From the sequence record NZ_CP014093.1: DNA of 64,000 nt, one strand, 5' to 3'. The notes beneath the pieces were generated by a model. That model worked only from the letters and a program-made list of their open reading frames with translations. It did not search any database and was not told where the DNA came from. This DNA is from a plasmid. The translations under genes were made by a program, and so were the position numbers. Each line of letters starts with the position of its first letter. Within the stretch, counting starts at the first letter, position 1. Below are positions 1 through 8,705 of the stretch, piece by piece.

Positions 1-12
1 GAACAATTTGGC

Positions 13-1050
13 GTGGCGTTAGTTGAGCGCGACGACTATGTGTTAACCGTTCGACAACAACACGATGTTGATGTGGAGATTCCGGCTGGTGCCACTTCTT
101 ATGTGGTGCTCGAAGCGTTCTATAAGTTTGGCGTAAAGACAAAACAAGTCGATTTAGCGTCAGACATTGAAGCGTCCGAAATTAAGGTGCTTTCGCAGGA
201 AGCGGTTGAAGATCATCATTTGATATTGTGTCGCGCTACCGTGCCAGATGGCGTTACCCAACTCAAAAGTGAACACCTTAACTTTGATGATCGTGAACAA
301 GGCGGTTATGACCTACAAGGTCACGTTTCACATCCCGATCCACATAAGCAATATGCGATGCGCGCCGAAGCCAATGCGCACTACGCAGACCGTGAAAACC
401 CGCACCATGTAACCAAAGCGCAAGTTGGCCTTAGCTTGGTAAACAACTGGGACGCAACCAGTCAGATAAACGTAGATAACGATCAGCTTTATGCCACTGC
501 GAGAGCCATCAAGTTGGTTCACGACAAAGCTGCTGCTGCATACAACAAGTCGGTTGAACATTGGCCGTACATTGCGTCTGGTGGCGAAACAAAAATCGCA
601 TTGCCTTACGAAGTGCCGGAAGTAGATTCATTGTCTATCCAAGGTATCGTGCAGACCAAAGACAGTGCTTGGCAATTCTTGAAAGACACTAATGAGGTTG
701 AAGTAGCCGAACCACTTGAAACGGGTGATGAAGTGGTGATTACTCTAGGTGTCCCATCTCTAAGCTCAAGCTCTATCATTGCCGAGCTTCAAGAGCATAT
801 CGATAACCTTGAAGCCATCATAAACAGCGGTATCGCTGGCGCGCCTATGGAAGTATTCCATAGCCACTTCGCTAGTACGTCGAATACTTTCACTGTTCCA
901 CCAGTCTTTGAAGAACGCGCGATTAAGCTGGTGTTCCTACAAGGTGTGCAGCAATCAAAAGATATTGCTTACACCATCTCACCGGACGGTGATGTTATCC
1001 AGTTTGTTGACGAAATTGCAGCAGGAACGGAGATCACCTTGGTCGGCTAA
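13..1050 (+). CDS. phage tail-fibre protein, 5'-partial (frame is open to the window edge)
   Basis: Open frame from position 1. Carries the motif 'NPHHVTKAQVGLSLVNNWDATSQ', which recurs in the downstream fibre ORFs. Confidence 0.5.
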   Translation: MALVERDDYVLTVRQQHDVDVEIPAGATSYVVLEAFYKFGVKTKQVDLASDIEASEIKVLSQEAVEDHHLILCRATVPDGVTQLKSEHLNFDDREQGGYDLQGHVSHPDPHKQYAMRAEANAHYADRENPHHVTKAQVGLSLVNNWDATSQINVDNDQLYATARAIKLVHDKAAAAYNKSVEHWPYIASGGETKIALPYEVPEVDSLSIQGIVQTKDSAWQFLKDTNEVEVAEPLETGDEVVITLGVPSLSSSSIIAELQEHIDNLEAIINSGIAGAPMEVFHSHFASTSNTFTVPPVFEERAIKLVFLQGVQQSKDIAYTISPDGDVIQFVDEIAAGTEITLVG

Positions 1051-1120
1051 TCAGTTTTCAAATTCCCTAGCCCTATTCCCCATAAATGCCCTTTTTACTA
1101 ACAACGAAATTGGATTTTTT

Positions 1121-2239
1121 ATGGCTACACAAAACAAATTAACTCGCATCAACCGTCTTGTTTCTGATCTTTCAGCGCAAGACGTTGGTGCATTACCAGC
1201 GGGCGCTCGCGCAACAGACTCATCAAAACTAGAGGGGAAAACCAAGGCACAAGTTGTCAGTGAAGCGCGCTCGAATCTTGTCCCAACTTCTCGCACTATC
1301 AATAACAAACCACTAACGGGCGATGTGACCCTGACTCACTCAGATGTGGGCGCAGCGCCAGCAAGCCACACGCACGACTACATCCCTAACAACAAGAAAG
1401 GCGTTGCAGAGGGTGTGGCTACGCTAGATAGCACAGGTAAGATCCCACAAGGCCAATTGCCAGCTATCGCTATCAAAGAAACGTTCCCTGTTAAGTCAGA
1501 AGCGGAAATGCTTGCTCTTACAGCGCAAGAGGGCGATATGGCAATCCGCTCAGATCTGCGTAAATCGTTCGTTCTTATGCGCCAACCAGCGAGCACACTA
1601 GCGAACTGGCAAGAACTATTAACACCGACTGACGCCGTTTCATCGGTTAATGGTCAGCGCGGTAACGTAGTGCTTGAGGCTACAGACGTTGGCGCTGAAC
1701 CAGCATTTAGCAAAAACACAGCATTTAACAAAAACTTCGGCACTAGCGCTGGCACTGTTATGCAGGGTAACGACTCTCGCGTTGTGAATGCAGTGCCAAA
1801 GACTCGCACCATCAACGGTCACGCGCTAAGCGCAAACGTCGAGCTAACCGCAGAAGACGTGGGCGCACTAGACGCTGGCGCAACTGCCGTTAACGCAGCG
1901 AAGCTTGAGAACACCACTAAGTCGCAAATCATTTCACAAGCGCGTAGCGGTCTAGCTGCTAGCGGCGCGTCATACACCAAAGCGGAATCTGACGGTAAAT
2001 ATGCAACCAAAGATAGTCTAGGCGCTTCCATCAAAGACGCGATCCGAACGGTGGATATTACTGTCGAAGCTGCATCAACTACGGTCACTCTGCCAGCGAG
2101 TACAGTCTCAGCAATCCTTGTTCTAAGCGTGTGCGGCGTAATGCAGAACGCAGCTGTATGGAGTCTATCTGGTAACACAATCACGTTCGGTGAACAGCTA
2201 CAAGCTGGCGACATCGTGACGGTTATCGGCTTCAAGTAA
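1121..2239 (+). CDS. phage tail-fibre protein
   Basis: Met at 1121 inside ORF 908..2239. Repeated 'DVGA(A/L)P/DAGA' units, 'KTKAQV' and 'SHTHDYIP' fibre-type motifs. Ala/Thr/Ser-rich repeat architecture. Confidence 0.5.
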   Translation: MATQNKLTRINRLVSDLSAQDVGALPAGARATDSSKLEGKTKAQVVSEARSNLVPTSRTINNKPLTGDVTLTHSDVGAAPASHTHDYIPNNKKGVAEGVATLDSTGKIPQGQLPAIAIKETFPVKSEAEMLALTAQEGDMAIRSDLRKSFVLMRQPASTLANWQELLTPTDAVSSVNGQRGNVVLEATDVGAEPAFSKNTAFNKNFGTSAGTVMQGNDSRVVNAVPKTRTINGHALSANVELTAEDVGALDAGATAVNAAKLENTTKSQIISQARSGLAASGASYTKAESDGKYATKDSLGASIKDAIRTVDITVEAASTTVTLPASTVSAILVLSVCGVMQNAAVWSLSGNTITFGEQLQAGDIVTVIGFK

Positions 2240-2333
2240 ACATGACCTTTCCTTTCCTACTTCCCCATTAACGATGTGCTCCGGCGCTTTGTCGGAGTTG
2301 CTGGTCATTGAATTGAGAAAGGCATATTTCTGA

Positions 2334-4283
2334 ATGGCATTAAAAAAATTGACTCAAGTTGGTGGTAGTCCAGCTCGAAAATTGCGTGAAGAAATCACAA
2401 CAAAAGTGGATGAACACGCTAGCAATAAAACGAACCCGCACGGAGTCACAAAGGCACAAGTAGGCTTAGGTAACGTACCAAACTATCCGGCCACCAGCTC
2501 GGTAACAGATGCGTCCAACAGCAAACTTGCGACCTCTGGTGCTGTTAAACAAGCATACGACAAAGGCGTTGAGGGTTTAAATCGCGGTAACGCAGCTTAT
2601 GACCGCGCAGAGCAAGCAGAGACAAACGCGAACAAGCACACCGACGAACGTATCAGCACTTTGATTGGTGGTGCGCCAGCAGAAGCGCTCGATACAATCA
2701 AAGAGCTTGGTGACGCGCTCATGGATCAAGAAGATGCGGTAGCAGCGATTACAACCAACATTGCTCAACACAAATCAGACAACTCGAACCCACACAAGGT
2801 TACGAAAGCTCAAGTTGGTCTATCAAACGTGCCTAACTACGCATTCACAGCAGCGGTTAATGATGCTAGCGATGTGAAATTTGCGGCGGCAGGTGCCGTT
2901 AAGAAGGCGTATGACCTTGCAGCCTCAAAGATGACTCAAGCGCAAGCCGATGGTCGCTACCTAAAACAGTCTGGTGGCACACTGACTGGTGGCCTACTCA
3001 TTGATGAGGGCAGTTCCAATGTTTCTCAATTGCACATAGGTCATGCAGGTAAGCGCTTTCATGTTGAAACGAAAACCGATGGCACCTTTGAGGTTGTAGA
3101 AAGTGACGTTTCAAGTCGATTAAAGATCCGCAAAGGTGGTGAGTCAACACTATACGGCTCCCTAAACGCTACAGAGTCGGTATCTTCGAATCGTAGTGTT
3201 GAAGTGCAAGGCACTCGCGCTGGTAATAACGTCCCATCGAGCGAACAAGTTAAGCTGGACGGGTACGGGGTGATTGGTAATCGTCGGGCAGTTTACTTAA
3301 CGAACGGTTCTAATTCGCCGGATGCTTCCGTTCAAATCGCGGTGGGTGGTGCTCATAATGGAGGGCACGCTAAGTTAGACCTAACTCGATCAAAGCTTAT
3401 TTCCAGTGTCCCTATCGAAGTGCAAGGGAATAAAGTCGTTACAGAGGCGTTTAACCGTACTGAGGTTGTGCGCACCTCTTTAGGTAGTGACAACTCTTGG
3501 TGTCAGGTTGCTAACGTAACGATGCCTCAATCAAGCTCTACTGCGGTTATTGAGTTCTTTGGTGGTGCTGGCTTTAACACTGACTTGCACTATCAGTCGT
3601 CACGACATCAAATGATTCTGAGAGCCAGTAACGGAAACCCTAAAGGTCTAAATGGTCAGGTTATTACAGACCATCCTAGCGGCTTGCCATTTAGTGAGTT
3701 TGGTTGGGTAAATACTAGCGGTGACAATTACGCCATCTATGTAAAAACACGTAGTGCCTACAGTACGAACATTCTTATTCGATACATGTGTAGTCACACC
3801 ATTACGCCATACGTTAGCAATAAGGGGGCAAGCCAGCCAGCGGGCATTGTCAAAGGGCGAATGGTCACTAGCTATACGTCTTACAATAAAGACTTAGGGG
3901 CAATTAACTCTGTTGATGGAAAGGGTTTAGAGCTTGATTACTCTACAAAGAAAACTTGGATTGGTTCTCGTAATTCTTCTTGGTGCCACCTCCAAACGGA
4001 AGCGGCGAGTGGTTTCTATTTCTACAATCCCATCGTAGCTTCTTCGGGTCTAAATATAAATTTAAACCAAACCTTGGATTTTGGTGGTAAACAAGGGATT
4101 AGAGCTACAGATGGTTCTTGGTTGCGTATTAATGACTTAGGAAAGTTTACTTCTGGTATCTTTTTCGGTAGCTCATTGGTTCGTACTGATGGTGAGTTTA
4201 CTGCGGGTTCTTGGTCTGCCACTGCAAGAGCGGTTCGTGTTGCGCCTAACTATTACGACAGCACTTGGGGGGTAATGGAGTAG
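2334..4283 (+). CDS. phage tail-fibre protein (N-terminal and central part)
   Basis: Two copies of 'NPH(G/K)VTKAQVGL(G/S)NVPNY' and 'TLIGGAPAEALDTIKELGDAL', typical of long tail fibres. Confidence 0.6.
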   Translation: MALKKLTQVGGSPARKLREEITTKVDEHASNKTNPHGVTKAQVGLGNVPNYPATSSVTDASNSKLATSGAVKQAYDKGVEGLNRGNAAYDRAEQAETNANKHTDERISTLIGGAPAEALDTIKELGDALMDQEDAVAAITTNIAQHKSDNSNPHKVTKAQVGLSNVPNYAFTAAVNDASDVKFAAAGAVKKAYDLAASKMTQAQADGRYLKQSGGTLTGGLLIDEGSSNVSQLHIGHAGKRFHVETKTDGTFEVVESDVSSRLKIRKGGESTLYGSLNATESVSSNRSVEVQGTRAGNNVPSSEQVKLDGYGVIGNRRAVYLTNGSNSPDASVQIAVGGAHNGGHAKLDLTRSKLISSVPIEVQGNKVVTEAFNRTEVVRTSLGSDNSWCQVANVTMPQSSSTAVIEFFGGAGFNTDLHYQSSRHQMILRASNGNPKGLNGQVITDHPSGLPFSEFGWVNTSGDNYAIYVKTRSAYSTNILIRYMCSHTITPYVSNKGASQPAGIVKGRMVTSYTSYNKDLGAINSVDGKGLELDYSTKKTWIGSRNSSWCHLQTEAASGFYFYNPIVASSGLNINLNQTLDFGGKQGIRATDGSWLRINDLGKFTSGIFFGSSLVRTDGEFTAGSWSATARAVRVAPNYYDSTWGVME

Positions 4284-4957
4284 CCGCTTTCAGTGTCAAC
4301 AAGCCTGACAGCTCAGGGGCTCATTGGGCTTTTGCCTCTTACTACGATGGAACCAACATTCGTGCTGGTATTCAGATTCTTACAAACTCTGATGGTCGGA
4401 TTAGATTCTACACTAACCGTAGAAGCAAGCATGTAGAGGTATATAGTGGCAACGTATATGCGGGTGCGCCTCAAAGCTCGGCGGGTCACTCATTAGCGCG
4501 CAAGGATTACGTAGACTCTAAAGTTGCTTCTTTGAACCGTAGCGGTGAGTCTGCTATTGGTAGCGGAGGACAGTTAAGGGCGGGAAATATCACAATTGGC
4601 TCAACCACATGGGAATACAAGGATTGGATAGGCCATTATCTCGATCCGTTTGATTTGGTTGCATACAATACTCCGGTGTCAGGGTTTGATATTCGTGTTG
4701 CAGGTTATTACGACATTCAATGGACTCCGATACGACGACGAAATGCCGTGAATGACTCGATTGTTTACTCAGCCATTACTAAGAACGGCGTTATCATTTC
4801 AGAGTCAGAGAGCTTGTCTAACGACTATTGTGCATCCACGATCACTTGTCGATGGGTTGGGAAGCTAAATCGCGGCGATTTAATTCAGTTCCTAGACAGG
4901 GGCGCGTCAACGGCGGTTAAGGGTTCGCATTTCTCGATCCGCTACATCAAGCCATAA
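4265..4957 (+). CDS. tail-fibre C-terminal part; probably continuous with 2334..4283 across a G6 tract
   Basis: Overlaps the previous ORF by 19 nt exactly at GGGGGG (4264-4269). A 1-nt slip gives '...YYDSTWGGNGVAAF...'. Confidence 0.4.
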   Translation: MGGNGVAAFSVNKPDSSGAHWAFASYYDGTNIRAGIQILTNSDGRIRFYTNRRSKHVEVYSGNVYAGAPQSSAGHSLARKDYVDSKVASLNRSGESAIGSGGQLRAGNITIGSTTWEYKDWIGHYLDPFDLVAYNTPVSGFDIRVAGYYDIQWTPIRRRNAVNDSIVYSAITKNGVIISESESLSNDYCASTITCRWVGKLNRGDLIQFLDRGASTAVKGSHFSIRYIKP

Positions 4958-4995
4958 CCATCAATCTAAGGGACACGATGCTATCCCTTTTTTGC

Positions 4996-5058
4996 AAAGT
5001 TTTCGCATGCGAGAACTTTAAAACATGTCATTCCCTAAAGTTTTCGCATGCGAAAACA
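4996..5058. repeat. 2 copies of the 22-bp palindrome AAGTTTTCGCATGCGA(A/G)AACTT
   Basis: Read directly; the same motif occurs at 14.2-19.3 kb. Confidence 0.9.
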
Positions 5059-5357
5059 TGGGCGCATATTGATGCGAAAGCCAATATTTATATAATCTGC
5101 CTTGTCAAACATCGATTCGACTCGACTATCCTCGTTGTAAGTTTTGTTTGCGTTGCCGCGCAACAAAACGCTTGGACTTGCCTCTCGCCTACCTTTTGGG
5201 TGAGAGGCTTCTTTTTTATATAGGCTCTTGAAATATAAATTTTTTTCCGCAAACCAGCCCTATTTAATACCTATTCAAAAGTAAGTAACGCCCGTCTATT
5301 GAGCAAAAGACATAATTCCGAATACACTCGCCAGGTAACATATAAAAGGGGGATTTA

Positions 5358-5681
5358 ATGCCAGTGTCAGTTGTTGGTGAGAGCTTTGCGATTAGCGTAC
5401 TGGCTCTATCTGTCCTCAGTGGTGTTGGGTCATATCTCCAAGGCATACGCGAGCAACGTTTGGCTGGTGGATTCCTTGATTTTTTAACCGAGCTAACGCT
5501 GGCGTTGGTGGTCGGTTTGATAGTCGCTTACTTGTGTGAAAGCGAGGGGGTGGAGGCTGGTTACACCAGCTCGCTTGTCCTCATTGCGTCGAACAACGGA
5601 GCAGACTCGATCAACTTTATCCGCAAGCTGACTAGCCAAACGTTAGCGAGATTTTTTAATACCGGAGGGCAAAGCAAATGA
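5358..5681 (+). CDS. hypothetical small hydrophobic protein
   Basis: ORF with two hydrophobic segments; no recognised motif. Confidence 0.3.
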   Translation: MPVSVVGESFAISVLALSVLSGVGSYLQGIREQRLAGGFLDFLTELTLALVVGLIVAYLCESEGVEAGYTSSLVLIASNNGADSINFIRKLTSQTLARFFNTGGQSK

Positions 5682-6091
5682 TGGCATTTGCAGTGATTGG
5701 CCTAGCCATTGCTGACCGATTTTTGCTTAAACGAAACGCAGTAAGAATACTGCATGCAAACCAGATGGACGATCCCGATGTGATTCGATTCGTTCTTGGT
5801 TATCAATCTCAGCGAGCCATAACGAGTGGGACTTTAACCTATTCGTTGCGCAGTAAGAAACGACCAAAAGCCGTCATTACTCGCACACGTAAGCTCGACT
5901 TTTCACACGCCAGAAATAACAGCGAATACCTAACGTTCGACCGCAAATTGCTTGAACGTGAAGCAGGGGAAAAGCTACACGGCGAGTGGATTCTGGACGT
6001 GAAGATTGAGCGCTCCTGTTCCCTAATCAATCCGCTATACAAAATCTTCCCTACCTGTACGACATATTCAGAGGAATTTGAAATTGCGTAA
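5678..6091 (+). CDS. hypothetical protein
   Basis: ORF whose start overlaps the upstream stop (ATGA). Confidence 0.3.
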   Translation: MMAFAVIGLAIADRFLLKRNAVRILHANQMDDPDVIRFVLGYQSQRAITSGTLTYSLRSKKRPKAVITRTRKLDFSHARNNSEYLTFDRKLLEREAGEKLHGEWILDVKIERSCSLINPLYKIFPTCTTYSEEFEIA

Positions 6092-6710
6092 CAACAGCAA
6101 GTTTGCACTAGACCAGTCGCACAACTATGTGGTGGTCGATTTTGACAACGTGACCGAACGCGGCCTTAAGAGTCTGATCACTGCGTTAAAACAAGCGGGT
6201 GCGACTGTTACAGACGTAGAAGCCTCGAACAAGAAAACGAGACGAGACGGCGAGACAGTAAAACGCGCCAAACTGTTCTTTGATAATGGCCAGTCCATGA
6301 CGCTGTTTGTGGGTGATGAGGGTGACATTTTCCAAATGACACTGAACAACACGAAACAGCCTATCCCAAGCGTGAAGAACGAGCGCGAGCTTGCGCGTGA
6401 AATGGTTCGCCTAATGGAGCGCAACCAAAGCAAGTTTGACAAGCAAGTGGCTCGCAAAGCGGCACAGGCCGTTAAAGACACCTCAGACATTCAACCAGCC
6501 ACACGTTCTATTGCTAAGCGATTGGAAGAAGCCAAGGCAGCCGAGCAGGTTGCACAATCCAATTACACCAACGCCCTAGCCGCTCGGGACAGTGTTCGCA
6601 CGAAGTTGGAAGAAGACCAACGCCGTGTAGCCGATCTTGAAGCTGCATTAGAGCAAGAGAAGCAAGAAACCAAGGAACTTGAAGCGCAATTAGAGGCGGC
6701 AAAGTCTTGA
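6078..6710 (+). CDS. hypothetical protein with coiled-coil C-terminus
   Basis: Heptad-like 'LEEAKAAEQ...LEAALEQEKQETKELEAQLEAAKS'. The stop directly abuts the IS end. Confidence 0.35.
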   Translation: MKLRNNSKFALDQSHNYVVVDFDNVTERGLKSLITALKQAGATVTDVEASNKKTRRDGETVKRAKLFFDNGQSMTLFVGDEGDIFQMTLNNTKQPIPSVKNERELAREMVRLMERNQSKFDKQVARKAAQAVKDTSDIQPATRSIAKRLEEAKAAEQVAQSNYTNALAARDSVRTKLEEDQRRVADLEAALEQEKQETKELEAQLEAAKS

Positions 6711-6850
6711 CATACTCCCCTAGCTAATTCGCTAGGGGATTCTTAGTTCAACACGCTTTCACTAGATAGCCTCTTTTGAGGCTATCCCCGATCCAGTCGC
6801 TCCCTAAGCTAACCCCGCCAGTCCAGCGGTTTTTATATTCTTCGCTGCGT
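6711..6850 (-). ncRNA. putative omega/reRNA at the tnpB 3' end
   Basis: By family knowledge TnpB elements encode a guide RNA overlapping the tnpB 3' end and right end. Two stable hairpins are present here. Confidence 0.3.
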
Positions 6851-7898
6851 TAATATCACGATCATGGTGCGTATTGCATTCTGGACAAGTCCAGTTTCGG
6901 ATATTAAGCGGCATTGATTCGTGTACGAACCCACAACAGCTACAACGCTTTGAACTAGGGAAGAAGCGTTCTATCTCAACGATAGTTCGTCCAGCCCATT
7001 CTGCTTTGTATTTGAGTTGGCGAACGAACTCGCCCCAACTCGCATCAGCGATGTGTTTTGCTAGTTTTGGATTGCGGAGCATGTTCTTCACTTGTAGCGA
7101 TTCAACACAAACAACTTGGTTTTCGTTTATCAGTTTACGAGACAACTTGTGTAAGTTGTCTAATCGACTATCAGCAATTTTTGCGTGTAGACGGGCTACT
7201 TTCTGGCGCACCTTGTCGCGGTTCTTACTGCCTTTCTTTTTCTTGGCGAGTTTACGCTGTAGGTATGCCAGTTTGTTTTCGTAGCGCTTTGTGTGGCGAG
7301 GATTATCGACTTTCTCACCGCTATCTGTGATGAACAGGTTATTTAAACCCAAATCAATACCGACCGTTTTAGCGGTTACAGGCATTGGTTTAGGCTCAAA
7401 ACGGCATAGCATAGACACAAAGTATCGGCCTGCGGTGTCTTTTGAGATTGTGACTGTGGTTGGTTCGCTAGGTAGTTCACGACTCCAACGGATATTAAGC
7501 GGCTGCTTGGACTTGGCAATAAATAGCTGTCCATCGCGGAACTTAAATGCAGATTTAGTGAACTCAGCAGACTGTTTGTGACGTTTCTTTTTTTCGACAG
7601 GGTATTTTGCTCGACCCTCAAAGAAATTCTTAAAAGCAGCTTGCTGATGACGTAGTGATTGTTGCAAAGGCACACAAGAAACATCATTAAGCCAGCTTAA
7701 CTCCGGATCTTTCTTAAGCTCGGTTAATCGGCTTGATGCTGCGTTGTAGTTCACCTTAATTTTGTCATTACGGTAAGCGTCAGTTCTCCAACGTAGGATT
7801 CTATTGTAAACAGTTCGCACACAACCGAACGTTCTTGCTAGAAGTTCAGCTTGCTCATCAGTTGGATAAAACCGTTGTTTGATTGCGATCTCTTTCAT
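6804..7898 (-). CDS. tnpB: TnpB (OrfB) RNA-guided nuclease-like transposase accessory protein
   Basis: N-terminus 'MKEIAIKQRFYPTDEQAELLARTFGCVRTVYNRIL'. C-terminal zinc finger 'CSCCGFVHESMPLNIRNWTCPECNTHHDRDINAAKNI' (RuvC-III + CxxC..CxxC). Confidence 0.85.
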   Translation of the reverse strand: MKEIAIKQRFYPTDEQAELLARTFGCVRTVYNRILRWRTDAYRNDKIKVNYNAASSRLTELKKDPELSWLNDVSCVPLQQSLRHQQAAFKNFFEGRAKYPVEKKKRHKQSAEFTKSAFKFRDGQLFIAKSKQPLNIRWSRELPSEPTTVTISKDTAGRYFVSMLCRFEPKPMPVTAKTVGIDLGLNNLFITDSGEKVDNPRHTKRYENKLAYLQRKLAKKKKGSKNRDKVRQKVARLHAKIADSRLDNLHKLSRKLINENQVVCVESLQVKNMLRNPKLAKHIADASWGEFVRQLKYKAEWAGRTIVEIERFFPSSKRCSCCGFVHESMPLNIRNWTCPECNTHHDRDINAAKNIKTAGLAGLA

Positions 7899-7966
7899 GT
7901 CTTACAAACGCTTTTGACTTAACTCATTGAGTTAGCCCCGCAATAAACGGGGCTTTCTCTCCCGAT

Positions 7967-8236
7967 TTAACTTGTCTGGAAGTCCATTTTTTCTAGGGCG
8001 CACTCAAAACCCTTAACAAATAAGGTTTGGTAATCTTGGGTAGGGTTATCAGTAAGCGCTCCGCCACAAAGCAGCCAATCTTGAAAATGCTGTTCTGGCG
8101 AGTCGTTCCAATCGACAGGTTGTAAGGCGTTGTAGATCTGACAAAGAAGCTCTACAGGCGCGTTTAGATCTTGGGAGAGGTAGTCTTGCGCAGCTTGAAG
8201 TGCGGCGCACATGTTGATTGTAGAAGTACCAATCAT
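7967..8236 (-). CDS. hypothetical protein
   Basis: ORF ending at the IS left end. Confidence 0.3.
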   Translation of the reverse strand: MIGTSTINMCAALQAAQDYLSQDLNAPVELLCQIYNALQPVDWNDSPEQHFQDWLLCGGALTDNPTQDYQTLFVKGFECALEKMDFQTS

Positions 8237-8705
8237 GATTTTTGTCCTAGTAAGTTGATGTTTAACTCACCAAAACCGAGGTCAATCAGTGGTGGTGAGC
8301 TGATTCGAGATTGACCTTACCGCCTACTAGGAAACGGCGCACCGAAGTGCTCCCAAACCAGCCCACCATAATTAGGATGTGCAGATTTTACGCAATAAAA
8401 AACCAGCAGGATGCTGGCGACTTGCGCCTAGTAAGTTTCGAGAGGTCAATCTCGACACTGGATTTTGCCAGTGCCCAAATAGATTAACTCCGAAAAAATA
8501 GGTTTTGCAAGTCGTTTTTTTTAAATATAATTTTTTATATGCAATCTGGCAAGCATTAAAAACGTTGGTTTTAATGTTGCGTTCGGAATAGAATCAATAA
8601 ACTCTTTCCTCATAATTCCCCTAATCACCACAATAGAATTAACTACAAAGGGCAGCGTTCCTCCCCTCCCTCTTTCGGGAGGGGTATCCACGCTGAAACA
8701 TTTAG

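Larger units (their letters stand above)
6711..7966 (-). mobile_element. IS200/IS605-family tnpB-only (IS1341-type) insertion
   Basis: tnpB ORF flanked by subterminal hairpins: 6717-6738 CCCCTAGC..GCTAGGGG, 6765-6786 GATAGCCTC..GAGGCTATC, 7933-7951 GCCCCG..CGGGGC. No tnpA. Confidence 0.6.

Noticed and set aside
6874-7687. ORFs antisense to tnpB (6874+, 7058+, 7291+, 7376-)
   Set aside because: They overlap the conserved tnpB coding region. No motifs.
8655-8682. CCCCTCCC-tctttc-GGGAGGGG hairpin just upstream of the giant ORF, considered as a terminator
   Set aside because: No U-tract follows. It sits 20 nt before the start codon, so it is more likely a 5'-UTR structure. Insufficient evidence to annotate it.
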